Shown: positions 10,773 to 21,587 of the stretch, piece by piece
Position numbering within the stretch: position 1 is the stretch's first letter
Layout: each line of letters begins with the position of its first letter
Source: Octopus bimaculoides
Taxonomy: Eukaryota
Assembly: GCF_001194135.2 (NCBI RefSeq)
Contig: NC_068991.1
Location: 49,235,829-49,275,725, forward strand
Direction: 5' to 3'
Length of the DNA: 39,897 bases
The notes under the pieces: generated by a model
The model's database searches: none
Told to the model about the DNA's origin: nothing
The model's input: only the letters and a program-made list of their open reading frames with translations
Translations under genes and position numbers: made by a program

Positions 10773-11316
10773 GAGTGAGAAAGCAGTGCATGCCATCAAA
10801 GGGATACTGGAGTAAAATATATGAAGCCAGCATACTCACCATGACTACCTGCTTGATAAGGGTACACCAGGCACATGCATCACAACCACATGTGCGCCGC
10901 GTGGTGGTCTCATATCAAGATAAACAGCGCATGATTTACTGGTGGGGCCCAGTTAGAATTTTTTTTCGGTCGAGTAGCCCACCCCGCTCAAAAGGTCCGT
11001 GAATAAAGGATGTTTAAGGATATTGAAAGAAGCACCCACGTTTCCAGGGGTGAATTATTCAAACCCCAAAGAATTCTTCTCAATACATGGCTATGATGCA
11101 GCCCCACAACTTCTGCTCGTGATCATAGATTTCATATCTTGTCAAGCACAAAGGGACATGCTCAACTGGTTAAGGTCAAACGACTGACAAGCAAATCTGG
11201 TATTGAACAAAATATTTGCTGTAGCCCATCTTTATACCAAGACAAAACAATGTACATGATAACACTTCTAGTCAGTTAAGATCAGAAGCCATGAGAGCCA
11301 CTGTCTGGTACTGCAT
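10773..11316 (-). mobile_element. ~545 bp non-coding interspersed element flanked by (TAA)n, copy 1
   Basis: Collinear with the reverse complement of 23951-24460 (shared blocks ggctctcatggcttctgatcttaa, ttgttttgtcttggtataaa, tttgaataattcacc, gggctactcgacc, gctgtttatcttgatatg). Orientation is inferred from the AAT tail. Confidence 0.8.
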
Positions 11317-11335
11317 ATTATTATTATTATCATCA

Positions 11336-11400
<65 letters not shown>

Positions 11401-11401
11401 T
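11317..11401. repeat. (TTA)n/(TCA)n microsatellite
   Basis: Read directly. Confidence 0.95.
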
Positions 11402-11510
11402 TATGTTTGACTCTTGTTTCACATTTATACAAGTTGGCTCCAAGTCTCACCCAGAGATCTCAAGAGACAAGTTAGAAGTTCATGTTGGTGTTATGCCTAG
11501 GGTGCCATAG
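11402..11510 (-). mobile_element. Probable 3' UTR fragment of an RLE LINE ending in a (TAA)n tail
   Basis: Reverse complement ...ccctaggcataacacc...ctctgggtgagacttggagcc...gtcaaacataaaataataataat. The tail structure resembles Dong-type ends; no coding sequence confirms it. Confidence 0.4.
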
Positions 11511-12026
11511 TGTTGTACATTTCCTCAGCTACAACATCGTCTGGTCTCCGAACATCAATTACTGAATCTTTTGTCAACTACCACTATGTCTGGTCTCCGA
11601 GCATCAATCATATGTCAATTACAACAATGAAGATATGGCCGAATCTCAGAAACGGTTATTTTTGTAATTAGATATGTACTGACAAACTGATGAAATAATC
11701 ATCTACTGATATGCGAGTTCTCACTAAAAACTGTGTCGACCTCCACTATGGACGCTACTTTTTGTTGTATTTTAATTGCTTCTTACATGTCGAACAACAA
11801 AGAAGGGAGTCTATATAAGTGGCCGATCAAATGGCAATAAAAAACAGCTAAATTTTTCTCAATTCTCATTAAAACTGATATATAGAATGATGGATTCTCG
11901 GTAAAGTAAAGGAAAAGATACGAAATGGCCGCGAGTCCCAGGCTATGGATCAGAAAACGACATGTTTTGAATCAACGAGTAAAAATGCATACGCAAAAAC
12001 AAACACATACTAATATGTGTGGATAC

Positions 12027-12059
<33 letters not shown>

Positions 12060-13464
12060 TGTATGTACGTACGTATATGTGTGGATATTTTTAAAATGTA
12101 CATTTTGAACAAGTTCTTGAATTCAGTGAGCATAATATTGTATGTGTGGATGTGTGTGTGCGCGCGTGCGTGTGTGTTTGTGTGCGTGTGTGTCTGTCCG
12201 TCTATATACACAAAGGCGACTTTATGTTAGAAGTAAGTAATGTGCAATTTATGTATCAATATATGCAGATGAATTGGGAGTACGTTTAACTTTGAAACAT
12301 TCTCTCGTATACAATCGACAGAAGGAACGAAACCGCGACTCAGATTTTGAGTAATACATTTTTAAGACATGCATACACACATACACACCACACATACATG
12401 TATGCATTATATATATATATATATATATATNNNNNNNNNNNNNNNNNNNNNNNNNNNNNNNNNNNNNNNNATACAAAAAAGGTGGGGTTTTTTGTATGAT
12501 TGTGTATAGAGGAATATATTATTTGGTTTGAAAGAGTTCCAACACTGTCTGTTTTTTTATGTTTTATTTATATTCCTGCAGAACCAATGTGGGGTATAGA
12601 ATATGGAATATACAATATATAATATAATATACAATATATAATATAAAATAAAATAAAATAAAAATGGATGGCACCATGAAATAAAGTATTGAATGTAGAT
12701 GAAATATTGAGTGTTCAATATAAAGGATCAGACCGATATTGGAAAATGCGTACATATGTGTATATATGTCTGTTTGTAGTGAGGTATTTGTGAATAAAAA
12801 AATAAATGGACGGAATGTTGTGAACCTCCAGAAATGTGATCATTGACAGATGTTCATAATAGAAAATCATCGTGTAATCGTCAAATCGAATCAAATTAAT
12901 ACTTGATATAATCTTATTCCATTTCTACGATTTCTCTCTTTTCTGTTAATATGTGGCCTCAATGACTTCAGACAACCCCATCGTTGCTGTTCGATCCTAC
13001 GTCAGCCCTAACCGAATGCAACTGGACAAAATGCAACTGGGTATTTTGTTCCTCGTTCTAACAAACCCGCCAATTCAACGCTCTAGACTTCTCCAGTACA
13101 TTATTGATAAGGAACGGCATGATTTGAACTTAGAATATAAAAACTTGGAGCAAATACAACAAAGTATTTTGTCCAATAATATTCTGATGATTCTGCTAAT
13201 GTACCACCTCAAGTCAAAAGGTAGATTATCATATCCTTGAAAGACTTGATACTGGCCATGTTTGATCTTCCATTATTTAATTCTTTGCTTATTTATTAAG
13301 AAACAAGGAAAAAACTCATTTATATACAAAGTTGACACAAAATTGTTTAAAAGAGGTTGTTCAGTAGGGACTAATCATTGATATACATACATACATACAT
13401 ACATACATACATACATAAATACGTACACGTAATGATTACATGTATTTGCCACAAAGGTGAAGGT

Positions 13465-14325
13465 AAAAAAAATGGCGGGGAGGATGATAGAGATGTGGCC
13501 CTCCTGATACAGGAAGGCCTCTAGGAATAATCGAGGAACCCCACTGTCTGAAATTACCCGGAAACCCTAGGAGCAAGTGCCCTCTCCAATTCCTTCTCCG
13601 CGACTCACAAGTCTACACTTAAAGAGGTACCATCCACTCTTGCCATTTTTGCAATTTTCACTCATCTTTCAATAAACTCACTTGAGGACAGCCCTTCTTT
13701 CTCCACTCTGAATTTCATTTTCAAATGAAACTTGAAGAAGTCAATGAGAGCTCTACCAAAGAGGAATGTACCTGTCCTCATATGCGCTTCAGCCTTGTCT
13801 ACCAAACAACTTCTTTCGCCCCAGCCACCGAGCAAAGGAAAGCTGCCTTGCCTGCCTGAGTAAAGGAAGGCGGCGATGTGATCATCACTACAGACTCTGC
13901 TGACAGACGGATCCGTCCCACACGTGACAGCAGCTGTTCAACATAACCCCACAAGTCAGCAATGCTCGGAGAGCGAACGAGAGCGTGCAGAACGGTTTCG
14001 TCACTCTGTGCACACCTCAGACAAGTGTGTCTGACAGTACATCCGTGTCTGTAGATGTTATCTCGAGCCGGTAGCGACCCCCTGTAGCACTGTCAGGCCA
14101 AGGACATCTGGAAATTATTCATGATAGGTCCCGACCGGAAAGTCTTCCGGAACAGACTAACCTGTTCGTTCTTCTCGACGCCCAGAGTCTCTCCGAGAAC
14201 GTCGTCGCAATTCTCCGCCACTAATTCTCTATAAATTTCTAAAGCGGAACATCCACCGATCCCATTGTCCGATTAGTAGAGGTTCGTGAGCGCCTAACAA
14301 CATTCTGGGTGCCAGGCGCCAGCGC
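13465..14325 (-). mobile_element. 5'-truncated Tx1/L1-clade LINE: ORF2 C-terminus (zf-RVT region) plus 3' UTR, pseudogenised
   Basis: Minus strand: GAWHPECC*AL...SALEIYRELV...LFRKTFRSGPIMNNFQMSLA*QCYRGSLPARDNIYRHGCTVRHTCLRCAQSDETVLHALVRSPSIADLWGYVEQLL...AKEVVW*TRLK/..FFKFHLKMKFRVEKEGLSSSEFIER*VKIAKMARVDGTSLSVDL* (stop 13605-13607). This is the CxxC-ET-H-LW knuckle typical of L1/Tx1 ORF2. The region is GC-richer than its flanks. Confidence 0.85.
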
Positions 14326-14692
14326 CAATAAAACTCTTCAAATGTAACATCGTAATATATAAGGGATGTAAGAGGGTGCCACAATAAAATGAACTAACGA
14401 ACAAGAAAAAAAAATCCCCAAAAAGATCAGGGGATGAGGTCGGACTAATATAGCGGAATTTACGAGCGGCTCAGCCTCGTTTCGAGTGAAAAAAAACACA
14501 TNNNNNNNNNNNNNNNNNNNNNNNNNNNNNNNNNNNNNNNNNNNNNNNNNNNNNNNNNNNNNNNNNNNNNNNNNNNNNNNNNNNNNNNNNNNNNNNNNNN
14601 NNNNNNNNNNNNNNNNNNNNNNNNNNNNNNNNNNNNNNNNNNNNNNNNNNNNNNNNNNNNNNNNNNNNNNNNNNNNNNNNNNNNNNNNNNNN

Positions 14693-14726
<34 letters not shown>

Positions 14727-15118
14727 GCATTCACATACATATATATTGACATATATATATATAGACATTTATACACACACAAATATATTTAGGCGACAAA
14801 GACTAAGGGTGTAGCTAGGTAAGGACTAGTTGTTGAAGAGTTATGAATCACGTGATAATCTAGGATTCTTGTTAATTTAAAAGACCACATGTGTGCACGA
14901 TAGCTGTGGTGTTTGGACGGGAACTGGCCCGCCTAAATAACGCCCCACCCCAACCAACAACAGAGCTTTGATTACGCCTCTAATGAATTTACTTGATACC
15001 GTTTTTGTTTTGTTTGACTTTCTTTTATTCTTTTATTGGTTGACTTCCATTTATTGTTTTTTTGCTCGTTTCTTTCCATCATTTTTTTCTATCTCTTTCA
15101 ACCATCTTTTCTTGCTCT

Positions 15119-15187
15119 TTTCTTCTTCTTCTTCTTCTTCTTCTTCTTCTTCTTCTTCTTCTTCTTCTTCTTCTTCTTCTTCTTCTT
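15119..15187. repeat. (TTC)n microsatellite in a long pyrimidine-rich tract
   Basis: Read directly; explains the poly-S, poly-F, poly-L and poly-E ORFs. Confidence 0.95.
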
Positions 15188-15858
15188 TTCGTTTTTTTTC
15201 ACAGTTTTGTTTTCTTACTTCGTCTTCATCTTTTTGTTTTCTTTTTCTTCCTCTCTCTCTCGCACATACACACACGCTCTCCCTTCAACCCTCTCTCTCC
15301 TTCTCTCTCTCTCTCATTGAACGACAATTTCTCCGTTTTTCATGTCTTTGATATTACGCATTTCTTTTTTTTCTTTCTTTTCTTTTCGTATCATTCTGAC
15401 TTTATCAAAACTTTTCTCTCCCTTTCCGTTTCTGTTTACCCAAAGACATTTCCTAAATCACGTTTCCTGCCCTCTGACCATTTCGTCCACCCACACTCAT
15501 CTTTCATTGTTTATGGCGCTGTTTCCTTAGTTCTCCATCTCTCCCTCGGTCGTTTCTCAAACGCGCGCACACACAACACACTCTCTGTCTGTCTGTTTCT
15601 TCCCCCGTCTCTCTCTCTCGCTTCGACGCATTTTCGTTCCATTCATCTCGCTGATTATGGACTTTGAATTGGGAGAATCGTTAGAGCATCGAATAAAATG
15701 TCTTGGAAATTTTGGCTCGACTATTTACGTTTCGGATAACTTTTCTTTTTATTTTTCCGGGATCGTTAAGATATTGTATATTGCCAGTCGTGTGCTGGAA
15801 TAGATGTAATCGACTAACTCCTCTCCTGTGCCCAAATTGGAAGAAATTGTTATTATTA

Positions 15859-16058
15859 GGCAAGGTGGCAGAATCGTTAGCACGCCGAGCAATGTGCTTA
15901 ACAGGATTTCGTCTGTCTTTAAGTCCTGAGTTCAAATTCCGCCAAGGTTGACTTTATTTTTTCTTCTTTTCGAGATCGAAAAAATAAATACCTAGAGTCG
16001 ATATAATCAAGTTAGCCCCTTCCCTGAAATTTCTTTCCTGGTGCCAAAGTTTGAAACC
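15859..16058 (+). mobile_element. Meta-domain-like SINE monomer (diverged)
   Basis: ggcagaatcgttagcacgccg head; ctgagttcaaattccgccaaggttgacttt; tail ggtgccaaagtttgaaacc. Confidence 0.85.
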
Positions 16059-16106
16059 ATTATTTTCATTAGTTTGATTTTCCAGTATTGGAAAGTTAGA
16101 TCTCAA

Positions 16107-16385
16107 AGTGTGTTTCTCGCATCTTTAATAACTAGGCAAGTGCGTCCCACCGAAATGGATATATTTTAATTAAATTTTCTATAAATATTTATAGATCCCG
16201 ATTACATCGGAATTTGTTGTGAAAAGTTTCTCGAAAAACGAAGAATTTTGGATAATTCACGTGAGTTGACGCTGTTTCCCTGTAACTTTCAGGAAAATTA
16301 GTATTTTTAGATGAAGTTTTCTGAAAACGCCTTTCAGTTAGTATAGATCACGATTATACCGGATTTAATGCGAGAAACAAACACT
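16107..16385. mobile_element. Possible MITE-like element with short terminal inverted repeats
   Basis: TGTTTCTCGCAT (16111-16122) and ATGCGAGAAACA (16368-16379) are exact reverse complements, extendable imperfectly to AGTG. No clear TSD. Confidence 0.3.
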
Positions 16386-18487
16386 GATATGCGCGCACAC
16401 GCACATACTGACACACATAATACGTATATTTAAGAAATGAAGCTTCAAATTTTGATCATATTATGTTCGTAATTGAAACATAAATTAAAATGAAACTCTA
16501 ACGGAAAGCTTTAATTTCGATACACTGGAAATAGGAAGTTTGTATCGTAGAATCAGGGCGGCCTCAGACGGAGTGGTATGTAAAGGTATGGGTGCCACGC
16601 AAATTTACTGAACGATAGAAACTGCAGCGTCTAGAGATGAGTTTATCACAGGTAAGTTTATCAGTGAAAATGAGCCTTTTCTACGCCGTTTCCTTACTTG
16701 CGGTGAGAAATGTATATTTTAACATGATAATTAATGAAGGAAACATCCTTAAAGAGCTACTTCACTCACTGAAATGATTATGATGATTTCATGGTGCTTT
16801 GCGAAAGAGATAATACAGTATACAGTTTTTTGCAGTAATAGGAACCAATAAATGCGAACCAATACTATCATGAAAATTGAAAGCTGAAATCAAAACAGCT
16901 AAAACTGATTAACAAAGATAATCTTATTCTACTGCACGATAACTCATGATCACACATATTTCAAATCACTTTTCGAAAAATAACTGAGTTAGATTATGAA
17001 ATTTTGCCGTACCCATCTTTACCTATTGTACGCTATTAAGTTGTCATCATCGGATTACTACTTTCTCAAACGCCTGGAGCTGTTTTTACGCGTACGTAAT
17101 AAAAAATGCCTCAATCAAAAACCTGTAGCTTAATGACTTTAGCATTAAAAAGTCTCAGAAGACAATCATTTCATTAAAATAGGATTTGCTAATTTAATAT
17201 CATGTTGGCAAAAGACAATTTAACATAAAGGAATTAAGTATTTTAAGTCAATAAATTTGCTTAATTCCATTCATATTGTGTTTACCATACCTCTTTTAAA
17301 ACCAGATATTTCATTCAGTAGACCCTTATATATTTTAATATACACTGTTTTGAAATATAAGCTACAAGCACTTTCATGCAGTGGAAACACAAGATTCGGC
17401 AGATTTATATGAGATACCTTGTGTCTCCGAGCAATCTTTCAGGCTCAGTACACGTGTGTATTAAATGATATTTATCTCTCACTGGATGGAGTACATTTTT
17501 TGATGATCTTAACCGATATCGGAACAGTAACTATCATATAAATAAAAAATGAAATTGCGCTGAAAAGCACGAACATAACCAGAGGCAATAAAAAGTTCCA
17601 CGCTTCACTCCTGTACCCAGCACACTTAGGCGGAAGCTATCCTATCTCTGGATAGGCTTGCGTGCGGAATTTAAGTTACGTTATAGAAATAATAAGCGCA
17701 CTAATATTCGTATATTTTCGCTGAGAATACCAAAGAAGTGAGCGACCATAGTGTGTAGTTTGGTTAAATCCGGTGCGTAATAATAAACGTATTACAGCAA
17801 ATACGTGTATGTTTTATAAAGCCTGATATACCATATATATTATTACGATATAAACAGATATACATACATACATACATACATACATACACACATATATATA
17901 TGTATATATACATACATATACACACACGTATATACACATGCATATATATATATATANNNNNNNNNNNNNNNNNNNNNNNNNNNNNNNNNNNNNNNNNNNN
18001 NNNNNNNNNNNNNNNNNNNNNNNNNNNNNNNNNNNNNNNNNNNNNNNNNNNNNNNNNNNNNNNNNNNNNNNNNNNNNNNNNNNNNNNNNNNNNNNNNNNN
18101 NNNNNNNNNNNNNNNNNNNNNNNNNNNNNNNNNNNNNNNNNNNNNNNNNNNNNNNNNNNNNNNNNNNNNNNNNNNNNNNNNNNNNNNNNNNNNNNNNNNN
18201 NNNNNNNNNNNNNNNNNNNNNNNNNNNNNNNNNNNNNNNNNNNNNNNNNNNNNNNNNNNNNNNNNNNNNNNNNNNNNNNNNNNNNNNNNNNNNNNNNNNN
18301 NNNNNNNNNNNNNNNNNNNNNNNNNNNNNNNNNNNNNNNNNNNNNNNNNNNNNNNNNNNNNNNNNNNNNNNNNNNNNNNNNNNNNNNNNNNNNNNNNNNN
18401 NNNNNNNNNNNNNNNNNNNNNNNNNNNNNNNNNNNNNNNNNNNNNNNNNNNNNNNNNNNNNNNNNNNNNNNNNNNNNNNNNNNNNNN

Positions 18488-18556
<69 letters not shown>

Positions 18557-18636
18557 TTGTATATATGTACATATATGTATGTGTATATGCATATATATAT
18601 ATATTATTTATATTATTATAGATATATATATATGCG

Positions 18637-18668
<32 letters not shown>

Positions 18669-18709
18669 TATATATGCATATATATATGTACATACAATAC
18701 ATACATTTG

Positions 18710-18975
18710 TGTGTGTGCGCGCGCACGTGTGTGTATGCATACAACCAAACAATCGAGCACACACGTGTTCCGGAAGGCGAAATACGATTGAATGGTTAGT
18801 AAGTTAGCTTTGCAGTCATGAAATTCTGGGTTCGATCCCACTGTGTGACATCTTAGCCAGGTGAACTTTTCTATATCTTCGAGTCGCTTCACACCTTGTG
18901 TGCGTGAAACTGGATTTACAGAACCTGTACAAAAGCTAGTCGGGTTGATTGCATCAATTATTCGGAAGGTGACGA
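18710..18975 (+). repeat. Left arm of a perfect 266 bp inverted repeat
   Basis: Exact reverse complement of 19578-19843 by manual comparison; identical peptide strings appear in ORFs 18608-18892(-) and 19466-19849(+). Confidence 0.95.
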
Positions 18976-19120
18976 CAGCCTTGTCTTACGCTTTGTTAGG
19001 CTGATTCTGCCTCAGAATTACGTTAAGGTTACATGTGTCTGCGGAGTACTCTACCACTTTCACATTAATTCAGTTGATCGAGGAACTGAATCCTTATTGT
19101 CGAACAACGGACCTCCACCA
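18776..19120 (+). mobile_element. Diverged CORE-like SINE with tail X
   Basis: tgaatggttagtaag A-box-like, gggttcgatcccactgtgtgacatcttagccagg B-box and CORE start; 3' part cagccttgtc...ttacgttaaggttacatgtgtctgcggagtac...ggacctccacca matches the tail of 36175-36546. Confidence 0.7.
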
Positions 19121-19312
19121 TGTGTATGTATGTGTGTATATTTATATATGAGGTACTCGCTTGAATTTCTTTAATCATTATCCCACGTGTATACACATAT
19201 ATACATATCTATATATGTCTGTCATAATATCCATATATACGATCGTGTGGACGAACGAAAGAAAGAGATTCTTAACACATTTTCTTCTTTTTTTCTTTTG
19301 CGCCCTTTTAAA

Positions 19313-19557
19313 GCCTAGTTTCCCGGTTTCTATGGCGTATGTGCTGCCCTGCGAGCTGGATGGGACGCCAGTCCATCGCAGCGTTACTCAAGAAACAGGA
19401 AGAAAGAATGAGAGAAAGTTGGGGTGAAAGAGTACAACCCTGCCGGAGTATCGTGGAGCTTTTAGGTGTTTTCGCTCAATAAACACACACAACGCCCGGC
19501 CTGGGAATCGAAACCGCGATCCCCAGACCGCGTGTCCGTTGCCCTAACCACTGGGCC
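19313..19557 (-). mobile_element. tRNA-derived SINE with V-domain-like segment
   Basis: Reverse complement: ggcccagtggttagggcaacggac...ggtttcgattccc head, gtttattgagcgaaaacaccta body, then tgcgatggactggcgtcccatccag (V-SINE core-like, 19356-19380) and catagaaaccggg. Confidence 0.8.
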
Positions 19558-19577
19558 ATTGGAGTTATATATATTAT

Positions 19578-19843
19578 TCGTCACCTTCCGAATAATTGAT
19601 GCAATCAACCCGACTAGCTTTTGTACAGGTTCTGTAAATCCAGTTTCACGCACACAAGGTGTGAAGCGACTCGAAGATATAGAAAAGTTCACCTGGCTAA
19701 GATGTCACACAGTGGGATCGAACCCAGAATTTCATGACTGCAAAGCTAACTTACTAACCATTCAATCGTATTTCGCCTTCCGGAACACGTGTGTGCTCGA
19801 TTGTTTGGTTGTATGCATACACACACGTGCGCGCGCACACACA
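19578..19843 (-). repeat. Right arm of the perfect 266 bp inverted repeat
   Basis: Exact reverse complement of 18710-18975. Confidence 0.95.
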
Positions 19844-19973
19844 GTTTGATTTGGCCCCATGCAACTTAAAATTTCGTGGATTCGTCACAGGAACCTAGCT
19901 CTTTGGGTTTAGATTAGTGTGAAGGGACTACAAGACTTTTAGTTGCATACTGCTGAGCCAAACTATTTTTAAG

Positions 19974-19995
19974 TAGTAGTAGTAGTAGTAGTAGT

Positions 19996-20067
<72 letters not shown>

Positions 20068-20073
20068 CAGTAG
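19974..20073. repeat. (TAG)n microsatellite
   Basis: Read directly. Confidence 0.95.
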
Positions 20074-20089
20074 TGAACGTTTGTATGCA

Positions 20090-20248
20090 TGTATTATGTC
20101 ATTATTCAGTTGTATTTCAAGATTTCTTGCCAAGGGTCCTTCGTTTGGATTTCAACATCAACGGGATATTATTGCATGTATGCGTGTATATATGCAGAAT
20201 TTGGAGTCAGTGCATATATGCAGATTTGTATGTTATGTTTTATGTAAG

Positions 20249-20250
<2 letters not shown>
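20090..20250 (-). mobile_element. Second, non-coding 3' UTR copy of RLE lineage B
   Basis: atgtcattattcagttgtatttcaagatttcttgccaa...ttcaacatcaacgggatattattgcatgtatgcgtg...ggagtcagtgcatatatgcagat aligns by eye with 5858-6050, with an internal deletion. Confidence 0.75.
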
Positions 20251-20280
<30 letters not shown>

Positions 20281-21555
20281 TGTATGTATGTATGTATGTA
20301 TGTATGTGAATCTGCACTTGTGTAGGTATGCAGGCATAGGAAATAAATGCTCTGCCCCTGTTTTCAGAAATCTACCCATTTCACACAAGAGGTCAATGCT
20401 TAAAGGTCAAGTTGTGAAAAACAAAACAAATAGATATATAATAATAAACAAATAAATACAGGGATAAATAAAAGGGACGTAATCGGTTTTCATTCTTTCA
20501 ACACAGCAGAATCTAAACATTTAAATCTAAACACAGTAGTACACATCTTCTCAAGCTTATCGCAGCCGACATATTATATAATCTATCTGCTCTTAATTCT
20601 AGTACTGTCAACAAATACGTCGTCTCCATGTTAGCCTTTTCATCAACTACTTAAACATTTTTACACCTCTTCATTTTAATTCTTTATTTATTTATCTATC
20701 TATTTATTTGTGTGATTGTTAGTTTGATATCAAAATTTAGTCTTCGTTTAAATGCTTATTTCGCAACCATTTAGCTTTGGTGGTGTTAGTCGATTATCAT
20801 ACCACCCGTATGTAGTTTTGGTCTTGTCTTATCTTTTTATTATTTTACAAAACTTCTGTGTCTCTACGGATATATATATATATANNNNNNNNNNNNNNNN
20901 NNNNNNNNNNNNNNNNNNNNNNNNNNNNNNNNNNNNNNNNNNNNNNNNNNNNNNNNNNNNNNNNNNNNNNNNNNNNNNNNNNNNNNNNNNNNNNNNNNNN
21001 NNNNNNNNNNNNNNNNNNNNNNNNNNNNNNNNNNNNNNNNNNNNNNNNNNNNNNNNNNNNNNNNNNNNNNNNNNNNNNNNNNNNNNNNNNNNNNNNNNNN
21101 NNNNNNNNNNNNNNNNNNNNNNNNNNNNNNNNNNNNNNNNNNNNNNNNNNNNNNNNNNNNNNNNNNNNNNNNNNNNNNNNNNNNNNNNNNNNNNNNNNNN
21201 NNNNNNNNNNNNNNNNNNNNNNNNNNNNNNNNNNNNNNNNNNNNNNNNNNNNNNNNNNNNNNNNNNNNNNNNNNNNNNNNNNNNNNNNNNNNNNNNNNNN
21301 NNNNNNNNNNNNNNNNNNNNNNNNNNNNNNNNNNNNNNNNNNNNNNNNNNNNNNNNNNNNNNNNNNNNNNNNNNNNNNNNNNNNNNNNNNNNNNNNNNNN
21401 NNNNNNNNNNNNNNNNNNNNNNNNNNNNNNNNNNNNNNNNNNNNNNNNNNNNNNNNNNNNNNNNNNNNNNNNNNNNNNNNNNNNNNNNNNNNNNNNNNNN
21501 NNNNNNNNNNNNNNNNNNNNNNNNNNNNNNNNNNNNNNNNNNNNNNNNNNNNNNN

Positions 21556-21586
<31 letters not shown>

Positions 21587-21587
<1 letters not shown>

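Noticed and set aside
11526-11625. Two-copy ~49 bp tandem duplication (also 21 bp at 35470-35511 and 20 bp at ~37599-37638)
   Set aside because: Ordinary local slippage duplications with no sign of function.
16577-16600. TGGTATGTAAAGGTATG resembles miR-1, and TATCACAG at ~16644 is the miR-2 seed
   Set aside because: There is a seed mismatch or no match beyond the seed, and no complementary arm to form a pre-miRNA hairpin.
17596-17669. Small multibranch fold (TTCCACGC/GCGTGCGGAA enclosing CCTATC-TCTG-GATAGG)
   Set aside because: The stems are short, and such folds are expected by chance in 40 kb; it matches no RNA family I recognise.
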